From assembly GCF_000143415.4 (NCBI RefSeq), contig NW_003314296.1:1401858-1465857 (forward strand): a stretch of 64,000 nt of DNA. Reading direction: 5' to 3'. Position 1 is the first letter of the stretch. The number at the start of each line of letters is the position of its first letter. Shown one piece after another: positions 49,691 to 61,241 of this stretch. The translations under genes and the position numbers were made by a program. The notes under the pieces were generated by a model. It did no database searches, was not told the origin of the DNA, and saw only the letters and a program-made list of their open reading frames with translations. Source of the stretch: Selaginella moellendorffii. Lineage: Eukaryota > Plantae > Lycopodiophyta.

Positions 49691-52600
49691 TTACTTCCAC
49701 TCACCAACAACCTTCAAGGAGGAGTTTTGAGCCATCTCCTTCTCGATCTCTTTCCTCCGAACCTCTGCATATTGCTCCACGCCGTGAGCCATGGCCTGGT
49801 GCTGGAAGTCGAGCGATCTCGACAGCGCTTGGAACCGGGCGGGATCACAAGCTGATATAGCTGGAAAACAGAGAGCAAAACATTTCTACATGAGCGCTCG
49901 AAAGCGAAAAAGCTAACATACCTTTTATGATGTCTGCGAAGAATATGAACGGGTCTACGTTATCAATGGCCGCTTGAAACTCTTCGTCGTCGATAAAGTC
50001 ATCGTCGCTGTCGTCGTCGTCGTCTCTAGGCTGGAAAGATTTTGCCTGGCGAGAAAGAAAAAATAAAAGCACTTAGATCTATCTAAACAGGTAAAAGAAA
50101 ATCTATACGACCTGCGATGCTAGCTGTTGTAGCTTCTCGTTGTTCACTTCATCAGGGTCATCGTCGTCCCCGAGCTCTTTGTCCCAGTCCTCTTCGCCAG
50201 ACTCCCAGCCATCCATGTCGCCGTTCTCCGTCTCTTTCGCGTTTTCTAGATCACGGGAGTTTTCTTGATAGAAATGATCAAACAAATTGAAAGCTTTCTA
50301 GTTACCTGCAACCTGGTCCTTGTATGCAATGAGCAGTCTGAGAACAGCTCTGAAAATTTGATCTAGCCCCGATTGAAGTTCTGCTGGCAATGCTGAACCG
50401 GGCAAACTAAGTAGGGATGCCAATCCCAAGACACAGACTTTCTTGTCATGTTCCCTGTAAGCTTCCGACAATTAGTTTCCATACCCCATCGCGTAAGGAA
50501 AAGAATACCGTCTGAAATGAGCCGGTAGCCCGCTCCTCTTGACAGCATAGAGCATTTGGAACCAAGACTGGAAAACACTGGTGGTTAACCTTAACTTCTG
50601 GAGGACGTTGAGGCATAATGCTGGATTGTAATAGAGAGCATTTGCAACCTGCACAAGTGAATACGATAAGTACTGTTATCTGGAAAGAGTGCGCAAGTTA
50701 CCACTTCTATAAGTAGATCCTTAAGACCGTTTTTTGTAGTCGTACCATATCTATCGAGGCTTATTTTAAGGTAAGGCTCAACCCACTCATCAACCCGACC
50801 TTTGCAATTTTGAAGAACGGATTCAATAAGTTTTGGTGCGGCTATAATGTCGGAATCATCCAGCTTCTCGTCAGACATTACCTATAAGAATGGACAAAGA
50901 AAATGAGTAAGCGGCAGTTGAGTTATGCATACCATCGATAAGGCCTTGAACAAGCTTTGTTGATAATCAGGAGACTTGCATGTCAAAAAGTGCTCTGTGC
51001 TTCTTGATATGTAATTGTCGAGTGGAACGAGTATGTCTACAAGAAAGAATCGGAGTACAGGAAAAAAGAAATTAATAATGGATAAAAAAAACATAATCAA
51101 ACTTACTCTCGAAGTAGTCTACTGCCCACTCATTCAATGCCTCCATGATAAGAGGCCAGAGAGTCCACATTTCCAAGGATATTGAAGGCGAGTAATACGT
51201 CATGTATGACACAATCTCCAGTACTTCCTCAAAAACATCTGGAGCATATTGCGTTAAAAACAGACATAGAGTGCTTTCAGAACTTCACCTTGTCCATCAG
51301 TAGTTAACATCTTCCGCATGATAGGAAGTAAGGTTGGTTCCATCTGCGGGAAAAGGTGTGGCAGAGCACTAACCGATTCGAGAATTGTCCCAATGGCTCT
51401 TAAACAGCCCATGGCAGCGAGTGCTCCCGAGTCATCGTCATCCTCATCGGTCTCTGAGGACTGCAAGCACTTCCAAAAGGCGGCCGCCTGTCATGGAAAA
51501 ACGGAAAAGATGAGAAAATCCGCTGCTAGAGGTTTAGACAGTACCAGATTCTGGCATAAACCAAGAGCGTAAGGTGCCATCTCTTCGCCAAACTTGTTCA
51601 CGATGGTCTCCAGAGTGAACACAAGATCCTCGTTCTCAACCTCGTTCATCAACTTAAAGAACTCTGTAAAGAAGAACTGAAGTTAGAAAGAATTTCAAGA
51701 GTGTACATGCACTTGCCATCCAAAAGTTGAGGTAAGATTGCCCGAATCTCCCCAAGATCTGCCAAGAAAAAAGATTCAAGAATAAGGATAACAAGTCGTG
51801 ATCTGGAGTTACCTTGAGATGCTTCGACAAAGGACCTGAGAGCGATCACAGAATCTACGCGCACTGGAAGGTCGGGATCTTTCAGAGCACATACAACACT
51901 TCGTAAAGCTGTCGTAAAATTTGCAGGGTTAGCAAAGGTGATACGCGCATATTGTCCAGAAACCCACGCAGCCTGTAATAAATGATGAAGTTACTGACTG
52001 TCAAACAATTGAAGATGTTCCTCTACCTTGGCTCTCAAATGGCCAGCGGGACTGTTAAATTCTGGGTAGACATGCTGAACGAGCATTTGCTCCAGCTGAT
52101 GCTTGTAAGGAGAGATTTGCTTGAGCCGATCGCTCAAGGATCCGACAGCCAAGAGGGCGCCATCCTTTTGTCTGTATGGCTTTTGATTTGCGGGGGCGGC
52201 ATCATATCTGTCCAAAATATGAATGTCAGTACATTACATATATGAACAAATAAAGACACCTGTTAAAAACCTCTACGACAAACTGCAAAAACTTTTGTAG
52301 ATGTTCTTTACGCCTTCTAAAAAGCTCCAAAATAAAGTTTTGTGCAGCAGTTCGAGGGCTGTATAAATCTTCGATTATATCTGCGAAGTGGACAAAAAAT
52401 AAGGAAAAAAAATCAAGGAACAGAAGAAACAAGGAAAAGTAATGACGAGATGCATACCATATCCTTTTCTCACATACTCATGAGGGTCGTCTCTCCAAAG
52501 TTGCTCGTCAATCGAGTTAAAGCACATGAGAGGAAAGATAATCTCGAACAGTATTAAGTCGAGTTGCGGCTTCATCTGTTGGTATGTTTGAGGTTTGGAC

Positions 52601-54228
52601 ACGCTGTCAAACAAATAAAACGTGAGATGGCATTGAAGCACAAACTCTTACCATGTGGAAAGATATTGAAGAGAAAGGTTTAAAACTCTATCCGTCAAAT
52701 ACTCGCCCCGCTTGTAGACGCCCAAAAGATTCATGTAAGACTGCAGAAACTTGTCAGCAAAGTGTGTCTGGAACATTTCTGAGAAGTCCGAGCACTTGGA
52801 TGATTTTGGATCACCAAAGCTGCAAAAGAAAACCCGCCTTAGAGACAAAACCACACGCTAAAAAACTTACCGATTATATAGCCGGTTCACAATGTGCAGA
52901 GTCCACTTCTTCACTTTCCACCATCCCCACGACTTACGCATCTCTAGATCGGCTGGCTGGCCCTCCGAAGGAACAGGTCTCTCGACAAGATTAAGGAAGC
53001 AGGTCATCCATCCCGTACACGTATTTAGATTACATAGAATGGGTGGAATATCTAGCTGCAAGATGAAAACCGTAAAGATCAGTCACGAAAAGGCGTGAAG
53101 AAAGAAATCACATACATATGTTGACGACCAAAAGATCTTGCAGATGAGCTTGATAAGGTCCGCAACCTCAATGGGAGGATTTGGTAACGAAATAAGATAC
53201 TTCAGGATCTCTAAGAGCACTGGAAACATTGTGTCAAAAATCGCGTTGATAGGCATTCGATCACTATCCTCTTTAAACCTTGACACGCAAAGAGAGGAGC
53301 GTAAGTTTGTAAACTCTTGACATGATACTTTCTTACTCGTATTTCCGTGTAAGGATCCGCAATGCGTGCAATGCACCGTTGATCCGTTGTTGATCCTGAG
53401 ACTTTAGATTACTATCGATCCCCGGTACGAGGGAGGGCCAGCGGTCGGGAAAATCACAGTGCACCATTGTTTTCAAGCATTCGGCAAGCTGGACCCTGTT
53501 CATATACGCAACCATTAAACAAATCTCATTCAAGCGCACTGAAAAAGCAAAGCTTTTCCCATTAAAGAACAGAGAAATAAAAACGAAAGAAACTATTCAA
53601 GCATGGACGAGGAACTAGTAAATCATTCAAGCATACATAGAAGAAAAAAGAAGAACTAGTACAGACCTTATACAAGCATGAATGAAGAACTAGTGAACCA
53701 TTCAAGAATACATCGAGCAAACCATTTTTTCGAAGAACTAGTTACAGACCTCAAGAGAGATGGAACGTGAATGAGGGCCTCGAGAATGTTGTTTCGTATG
53801 GTGTTCCTATCGGTCTCGGATAGCTTGGGAAGATGGCCTGGAAAAGCAAAAACAAAGCTTTCTATGCTTTTGATCGACTCCTCGCACATCACGTACCATC
53901 TCGAGGACTCCACTCGCGAGAGAGCACATTCTTGAAATAAATACTCGCAATCTGGCGCACGGAGAGCTCCAAATTCGTCGAGACGATAATCTGTAGCAGT
54001 CGCACCAAATGCCCCTCGGCAAGCTCACACTGCGAGGAAAAAGGAATTCCATTCACATCAGCGCTTCATCCGATCGGATCTAAGACAGAGAGAAGACTGA
54101 CTGATCGATCTCTCGATCAAACGATCGATCGCCATTACCTGCTTGAGGCGCTCCTCTCCAGCTTTTCTTTCATCGAGGTTCCGGCTGAGAGCTAGCTGCA
54201 AGACGGCGACGAGCGACTGGACATCCAT
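49691..54228 (-). CDS. Importin-beta family, importin-7/SAD2-like, many exons
   Basis: [76 protein letters not shown], acidic C-terminal loop and [10 protein letters not shown]. Confidence 0.93.
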
Positions 54229-54335
54229 TCCCAGTCGTGCGTGGGCCAAAACCCTAGCGCCTCCAACGCAATTTCTGCCCCACTCTAGGGTTTAGGGCTC
54301 CTCTTCTCTCTCTCTCTCTCTCACACGGGCGAGAC
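54229..54335. promoter_or_regulatory. Very short divergent promoter region with telo-boxes, a TGGGCC site-II-like motif and a (CT)n tract
   Basis: 107 bp between opposing ATGs; TGGGCC ~54242, AAACCCTAG ~54249, TAGGGTTT ~54286. Confidence 0.6.
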
Positions 54336-55535
54336 ATGGCGGCATTGGCACGGCGCTGCGGCATCTTCCAGCAGCTCGCGGCGCGATCTTCTCCTCCTAT
54401 CGGTTCGTGATCCTAGTCGTGGCAGATTCACCAGGTCTTAGAATATTTTCAAGCTGAGGATCAGTGCGATGTCGCTCGCGATCGATCTTTGTGCCTTGCG
54501 CTGTATATGCTTGATTGCATTTCGGGTCTTCGTGTGAGAGGAGAGGTTTTCTCGCTGAGAATCAAAGTTTTGTCTTTGTGGCATTTTTTATTCGTTCCTT
54601 GCGCTACATGCGTGATCGCTTTGTGGTCATTTGTTTGTTCTTGTTACTTCGCTGTTTTGGTGATCAGTTTGTGAATTTATAGTCGTGGAAAGTTTCTATG
54701 GGAAAACTCGTCGTTCGTTCTCTTACTCGTTCTTTCAATCTCGCTGAGCGTGTTTTTCTTTCTTCCAGATTTTGATCCACAGGCTAGAGCGCTACCACTT
54801 CTCTTCAAGAGATGGGCCACGAAGAAGGCCGGAGGGTCTACGGACAATGGCAAGGATTCCAAGCCAAAGTACCTGGGTTTGAAGAAGTCTGGTGGAGAGG
54901 TATGCCGTTCTTCACGCTTCTCTAGATGAATTCTTTCAGGTTTAGCGAGCTTTCGTTGACACGGGTTTTTTTTCTTGGACGATCAGAAAGTTATTCCTGG
55001 GAACATCATCGTTCGTCAGCGAGGCACGCGATTCCATCCCGGTGACTTCGTTGGCATGGGCCGTGACAGAACCATCTACGCGCTCATCGAAGGCACGGTC
55101 AGATTCGAGATGAACAAGAAGACCCAGCGAAAGTGGATTCACGTAGACCCGGCCAATCCACCACCTCTTCATCCGCTCTTCCTCAAGCCGGAGGAGATCG
55201 TGAAGCCCAAGCCGAGGAAAGTGAGAGTCCAGTCCAAGCAGCAGAAGATGAAGTGGTGGAAGCAGGAGCACACTGGTCCCGGGCCGACCGAGAAACGAAC
55301 GCTCCCAGCGCTGTGCCTGCTGGATCCATCAGCAACACCAGCGGATCCGGGTGACGCTCCTCGGAAGCCAGCGACTAGAATGGCTCGTAGAGCGGCTCTT
55401 GCGAAGAAGAGGATCCGCTCCAGAGAATTCAACGCCAAGAAAATGGAGAGGGGTACTCTCAAGGTCTCTAAACCGGAGGAGAGGATCGTTAAGGCAGGAG
55501 GGAAGAACACTAAGACAGAGAAACTCCCGGCTTAG
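54336..55535 (+). CDS. RPL27: Mitochondrial-type ribosomal protein bL27 with presequence exon and long basic C-terminal extension (exons 54336-54402, 54769-54899, ~54987-55535)
   Basis: [70 protein letters not shown]; Arg/Ala/Ser-rich N-terminus. Confidence 0.9.
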
Positions 55536-55559
55536 CAGCAGCTCCTGGGATCGATGTGA

Positions 55560-57884
55560 ACTATCTTCTTAGCTAGGCTGGCGTCGTCTCTGGAGGGATT
55601 GGATCAGCTCGACTCCACAGCTTTTGCTTCGCTTCTTTCCAAATGCGGGGCTACCGGGGACCTGGCACAGGCAAAGCGTCTCCATGCTCGGCTCGCGAGA
55701 TGGGAGCTCGACACCTTTGTGGGAAACCACGTCGTCAAGATGTACGCAAGCTGTGGCAGCGTGGAAGATGCAAAGGCAGCGTTTGAGAGGATCCGGCCGC
55801 GCAATGTTTTCTCCTGGAACATCATGCTCTCGGCCTATGCCCAGAAGGGACACCTTCGCGAGGCAAGGGAGCTGTTTGACAAGATGGAAAAGAGGGACGT
55901 CGTTTCGTGGACGACTTTGCTCAGTGGCTATGCTCAGATGGGGTATGTGGACGAGGCCAGGGGATTGTTCGACAGGATGAAGCAGCACAGTGGAGTGTCG
56001 TGGAGCTCCATGGTTTCGGCTTATGCCCAGAACGGGTATCCCAGTGAAGCGCTGGAGATCTTCTGGGCGATGAGCCTGGAGGGTGTGAAGCCGAGGACGA
56101 GCACTTGGGTGTCCGTGATTGATTCGTGTGGCAGTGCTTTGGCTGTTAAGGACGGTGAAGTGCTTCGCCAAGCAGTGAAAGACGCGGGGCTTGAAGGAGA
56201 TGTCGTGGTCGGGACTGCTCTCGTCGATATGCTTGGGAAGTTTGGCAAGCCCGAGGAAGCCTGGCGGGTCTTCGCTGGGATTTCGGAGAAGAACACCATA
56301 TCCTGGAATGCTATCATGTCGGCGTTCGCGCGGAATGATCGTTTCCAGGAGGCACTCCGGGTGTTCCAGACGATGTGCTTGGAAGGTGCCGAGCAGGACA
56401 ATGTGACTTTTCTCAACGTCTTCAGCGTTTGCTCCAAAGCTCCCACACTGGCTTTCGAAGGTGAGTGCTGGTACCAGAGGCTTTTGGAAGCTGGTTTTGC
56501 ATTCGACTGCTCTTTGGAAACTGCTGTGGTTAACATGTGTGTCAACTCCCGTAGGCTCGAGCAGGCATTTCGTGTTTTCGACGGGATGATTCGAAGGAGT
56601 ACCGTGACATGGACGATTGTGCTAAGAGCTTGCGGCCAAAGTGGTGATGCGAGAAAGGCTCTCAAGATGCTGGCGCTCATGGACCAAGACGGAATTCCTC
56701 CGGACAAAATCGTTATCCTCAGCGTTTTGGAGTCTTGCAGCTCGAGCCTGAGCTTCGGCAGCGTGCAACGAGTCATCGAACTTCACAGAGATGTTGTCGA
56801 AGGTACCAGTTTTCATTCAGACTCTAAAGTTGGAACCGCGCTTATCATGCTCTATAGCAGGTGTGGGAGCTTGGAGCACGCAAAAGCGTCGTTCGATGGC
56901 ATTGTTCGCGGCAATGTTGCTTCCTGGACTGCAATGATCGTGGCATACATCCAGAGTGGTGAGTGCCACAGCGCCTTGCAGCTCTTCAGCACAATGGACT
57001 TGGAAGGTATTCATCCGGACACCGTAACTTTTGGCTACGTTCTCAGCGTGTGTGCCAATGCAGGAGCTCGTCAACACGGGAAAGCAATACACTCGGCTAT
57101 TTTCGAGGCTGGGATCGACACAAGCGGCGCACTGGGAATCGCCCTGGTAAAGATGTACGAGAGATGCGGCAGCGTGACTGAATCCACAAAGCTCTTCAAG
57201 GAGATGCCCGAGCGTTCTCCACACCGGCTGATAGCAGGCTTGCATTGCCAGCAGATGGACGAGAAAGAGGTGGAGGAGATGTTCCAGGCCATGGACTTGG
57301 AAGGCCGGAGTTTGGACAGGGAAGCCGCCATCGCCACCATCAGCGCGTGCTGGCAGAGCTCCATCGCCAGGACGATCCACGCTCGAGTTTTAGAGTCCGA
57401 GTGGAGCCTCGACTCGAACTTAGCGGCGGCGCTCATCAACATGCACGGGAAGTGTGGCAATCTCCGCGAGGCCAGGAGAGTTTTCGACGAGCTTGGCAGT
57501 GGCCGGGACAGTGTGTTGTGGACGAGCATCATGGCTGCGTACTCCCGCGACAGTGGTGCCAAGAGCTGTCAAGAGATCTTCGAGCTGTTTGGGATGATGA
57601 GCTTGGAGGGCGTGGCTCCCAGCGGCGTGAGCTTCATCATCGTGCTCACGACGTGCAGCCATACCGGGATGCTGGGAAGAGCAGTGGAGTGCGTGAGGTG
57701 GATGATCCAGGATTTTGGAATGGAGGCTGGGGGTTACCATTTGGCGTGCGTGGTTGATCTGCTGGGACGCGCTGGTCGAGGTGATGATGCGGCGGAGGTT
57801 GTAAACAGGATGCTTGTAGAGAATAGAGCGGCATTGTCTTTGATGTATTTTGACACACTGGTAGACGAAAAAAGCTTGCATTGA
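55560..57884 (+). CDS. PLS-class PPR protein, single long ORF; translation start uncertain
   Basis: P/L/S repeats (e.g. NVFSWNIMLSAYAQKG, MDLEGIHPDTVTF) and C-terminal HLACVVDLLGRAG; frame open from 55560, preceded by ATG-TGA at 55554-55559; first in-frame ATG at 55740. Confidence 0.85.
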   Translation, partial: TIFLARLASSLEGLDQLDSTAFASLLSKCGATGDLAQAKRLHARLARWELDTFVGNHVVKMYASCGSVEDAKAAFERIRPRNVFSWNIMLSAYAQKGHLREARELFDKMEKRDVVSWTTLLSGYAQMGYVDEARGLFDRMKQHSGVSWSSMVSAYAQNGYPSEALEIFWAMSLEGVKPRTSTWVSVIDSCGSALAVKDGEVLRQAVKDAGLEGDVVVGTALVDMLGKFGKPEEAWRVFAGISEKNTISWNAIMSAFARNDRFQEALRVFQTMCLEGAEQDNVTFLNVFSVCSKAPTLAFEGECWYQRLLEAGFAFDCSLETAVVNMCVNSRRLEQAFRVFDGMIRRSTVTWTIVLRACGQSGDARKALKMLALMDQDGIPPDKIVILSVLESCSSSLSFGSVQRVIELHRDVVEGTSFHSDSKVGTALIMLYSRCGSLEHAKASFDGIVRGNVASWTAMIVAYIQSGECHSALQLFSTMDLEGIHPDTVTFGYVLSVCANAGARQHGKAIHSAIFEAGIDTSGALGIALVKMYERCGSVTESTKLFKEMPERSPHRLIAGLHCQQMDEKEVEEMFQAMDLEGRSLDREAAIATISACWQSSIARTIHARVLESEWSLDSNLAAALINMHGKCGNLREARRVFDELGSGRDSVLWTSIMAAYSRDSGAKSCQEIFELFGMMSLEGVAPSGVSFIIVLTTCSHTGMLGRAVECVRWMIQDFGMEAGGYHLACVVDLLGRAGRGDDAAEVVNRMLVENRAALSLMYFDTLVDEKSLH

Positions 57885-58404
57885 TCAGTATTAAAAAAAT
57901 GCCTATTTTGGGATTGTCTTTGATAGTATTTTAAGAATCAGAAAATTAGTACTGTTGTTTGTTTATGACAGAGATATGCTCAAAATGAATCACAATGAAA
58001 TACTCATTTTGGGCATTTGCAAAATCTTTGGAATTCTGCAACCATATGATGATTTAACAATGTTACATTTAGAAGTGATGTTATTATTAAGTCTCTTAAC
58101 AAAATTATGTTTATTTGATGAATTTTTCATTAAAAAAATTTAATTATTTCATAGCAATCTGTGAGTGCTTGGAACTTTATTTACAAGAATGGATGGACCG
58201 AATTTAGTCCCTATATTATAATATTATAATTAACATATTAGCTAAGTGTGTGTGTGTATATATATATATATACACACACATATATTTATAAACCTTACAT
58301 CATGCTCCTATTCAGTAGATGAAAAATGTGATGATGATAAATCATGTAGCATTTGGAGCTTTTACTAAACAATTGTAAATTACTACAAGAATTTAAAGTT
58401 CCTA

Positions 58405-58935
58405 TGTATGAGACACAAATTCCTAAACCCCAAAGTAGAGCCAAAAAAATGCCATGTGGTAGTGGCATAAGCAAAAGTCAAACAAGCATAACATGTTTGG
58501 ACTAAAAGTTTCAATTTGAACAGTTAAGAGTGGGAGTGGAACTCCCAACGAAGTGCTCGAAGAACGAGCATGAAATAAGTAATAAATGAGTCTTTAGAAA
58601 AGAGACACAAGAGGACCAATATATGACACGTGGAAGTGTCAAGATGGAGTCCAAGAAAGAGTCCAAGATAGAGTCTAAAATAGAGTCCAAAAATAGACCC
58701 AAGACCCAAGTCTGAGATAAAGTCAGATAAGGACTCAAGATAGAATCCGAAATAGACCCAAGATGGAGTCCAAGGTCAAGTTTAAGATGGACATGAGATA
58801 GAATCCGAGGCTAAGACCAAGACCGAGATTGAAACTAAGGGCAAGACCGAGACTAAGACTGAGACCGAATTTGAGACTGAGTCCGAGTCCGAGTCCAAAT
58901 CTGAATCCAGAGTCTGAGAGTGAAAGCCCAAAGCA
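58405..58935. mobile_element. LTR-like repeat with GAGTCC/GAGACC arrays, homologous to 19592-20140
   Basis: Colinear similarity TGT.TGAGACA..AAAGT.GAGCCAAAAA..TGCCATGTGGTAGTGGC...GTGAAAGCCCAAAGC. Confidence 0.75.
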
Positions 58936-59058
58936 TTCATATAGAGTTTGGTGAGCTCCAAAAGTATAGTAAAGGGAGGACTCCAGTAGAGTCAATTTGA
59001 CCAGGAAAGGTTAATATGACTAAGAAAGACTATACCCACATATTGGGTGATGATATAT

Positions 59059-60371
59059 TGTAAGCGACTAAATTTTCCATTTTACTTTAGTCACTTAACC
59101 TCACCTCCGACCACTTGGAAGAGTCTCACTCACAACCTCCGTGAGTCCTATTTTGGACTTGGGCTTACTAGCCCCGAGAATGGCATCCCCGCCACTCAAC
59201 TTCGTGCACTTGGTCCAAGTGCTTCATGTGTCCGATCCCATGACCGACACCCCAAGGTACCACCAACATATCAGTCTGTTACGCTAAGACTATGCCCATT
59301 CACCTTGGTCACAACGATGGTCTGACACCACCTGCATCCCAGTCCCGTCACTCAAAGACTGGGCCATCCATCCATGAGTGATCATCCCAGATCCACTCCT
59401 TAGCATCCTTAGGATGCCCACCGATATGAGGATTAGCCTTCCCCAATATCTCCGTTTCAGTCCCCACTAAGTCCCTTTTCGTCCATGGCCGTGTTCGCCA
59501 ACACTGCCACTAGATCGAGGCCCACAAGCCCAACCACTAAGTCCCACGGTCCTCTGGGACTTCCTCACCACACGATTGTGTCCTTGGTCACTACCNNNNN
59601 NNNNNNNNNNNNNNNNNNNNNNNNNNNNNNNNNNNNNNNNNNNNNNNNNNNNNNNNNNNNNNNNNNNNNNNNNNNNNNNNNNNNNNNNNNNNNNNATCAC
59701 TCGCTCTAACCCATGGCTAGAGCATTTAAAAATGGAAGGTGGGGAAAGTACCTATGAGGCTCATATAAGGCTACGGTTTGTAAAATGTTGTCTCAAAGTC
59801 CTAGACTATGGAAAAGAATAAGAGCAATCCTTTGGTGTAGTGACCAAGGATACAATCACATGGTGAGGAAGTCCTAGAGGATAGTAAGACTTAGAGGTCA
59901 AGCCCTTGTGCATTGACCCAATAGTAGTGTTGGCGAGCATGGCCATGGATGAAGAGGGATTTAATGGGGACGGAAGAAAGGATATTGAGGAAGGGTGTTT
60001 CCCATGTCTTTGGGCATTCTAAGGGTGCTAAGATGTGGTCAAGAGATGACCACTCATGGATGGATGACCCGCTCTTTGAGAGACAGGATTGTGATGTAAA
60101 TGATCTTGGACTACTAATGTGATAAGGGTGAATGAGCATAGTCTTAACATATTGGGCTGATATGTTAGTGGTACCTTTGGGTGTCAATTATAGGATCGAA
60201 CACATGGAACACATGAACAAGTGCAAAGGCTAAGAGGTATAAATGTTAGTTATAGAGCTAGCATGTCCCCAAATCTTAAATAAAACTTATGGAAGTTGTG
60301 AAGGAGACTCTTTCAAATGGTCAAAGGTGTAGTTAAGTGACTAAAGTAGAATGGAAAAATAGTCATTTACA
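59059..60371. repeat. Long diverged inverted repeat (arms 59059-59594 and 59837-60371) around an assembly gap
   Basis: The reverse complement of the right arm aligns colinearly with the left arm over ~535 bp; termini TGTAA...TTACA. Confidence 0.85.
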
Positions 60372-60835
60372 CTATGGAATTTCTAATATAGTTGCTATCA
60401 ATTAACAATTATAGCAACTATTGATAAAAAAAAACCTAAAGCCATAGTATAAGCATTAGTTGACTATTGAATTTATTGCAATTTTGTGCATAACTACCTC
60501 AACAAAAATACATCCATATTTAAATTTACCCACCAACAATTCTCCAAAACCATTGTTAAATCAGACTCATGACTATAAGTAGAACTTGCCTTTGCATCTT
60601 CCCTTTGATCAACATTCAATAATTATATTAATTTAAATTCATGATCTTCATCCTTGTCTAACATTGCATATGGGAGGTTGGTGTAACATACGTGGTTTTC
60701 CCCTTTTATCCTATAGTGATTTACCATAAGATAACCGTGAAATGGAATTTAAATTGTCTATATGTTATGTGTCATATGCTACATGCCATATGCCACATGT
60801 TGAAGGAACCCAAGTTTCAAGGCCTTGAGCCATTA

Positions 60836-61241
60836 TGTAAGCAACCAAAGAGAATTACTTAAGAAAGGATTCATGACATTTAAATATAGAAGAAAAGGGC
60901 CCATGAATAAAAATGCACCCTCTTTTCCAATCAGTTAAAGGTTTTAGGATACTTGGGGTTGACCATCCTTGGGTTTGAATAATATTGGGCTAGGTGACCT
61001 CATAAGAAGTCCAAACTCAAGAGTTTATATTTAGTATCAAAGCCAATCTTTAGTTTAATTCTATTGATTAGTTAGGGGAATCACACTATATATTAATTGA
61101 TATTTGGCAGGTTCAATTTGCTCTAATTAGGCTCGACCCGAGGGGTAGGGTGTTAAAAGAGTGAGGCTCAAGAGAGAGTTGCAGTTCTTAACTTCCATTC
61201 ACACTGACATGAATTCGTAAGGAAGTGTAGTGGATTGTAAG
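60836..61241 (+). mobile_element. Cassandra-like TRIM: 5' LTR 60836-61029, PBS-like 61031-61044, ~200-bp internal region, start of 3' LTR at 61236
   Basis: LTR homologous to 22367-22559 including CCTTGGGTTTGAATAATATTGGGCTAGGTGACCTC; followed by TAGTATCAAAGCC (cf. iMet PBS TGGTATCAGAGCC). Confidence 0.75.
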
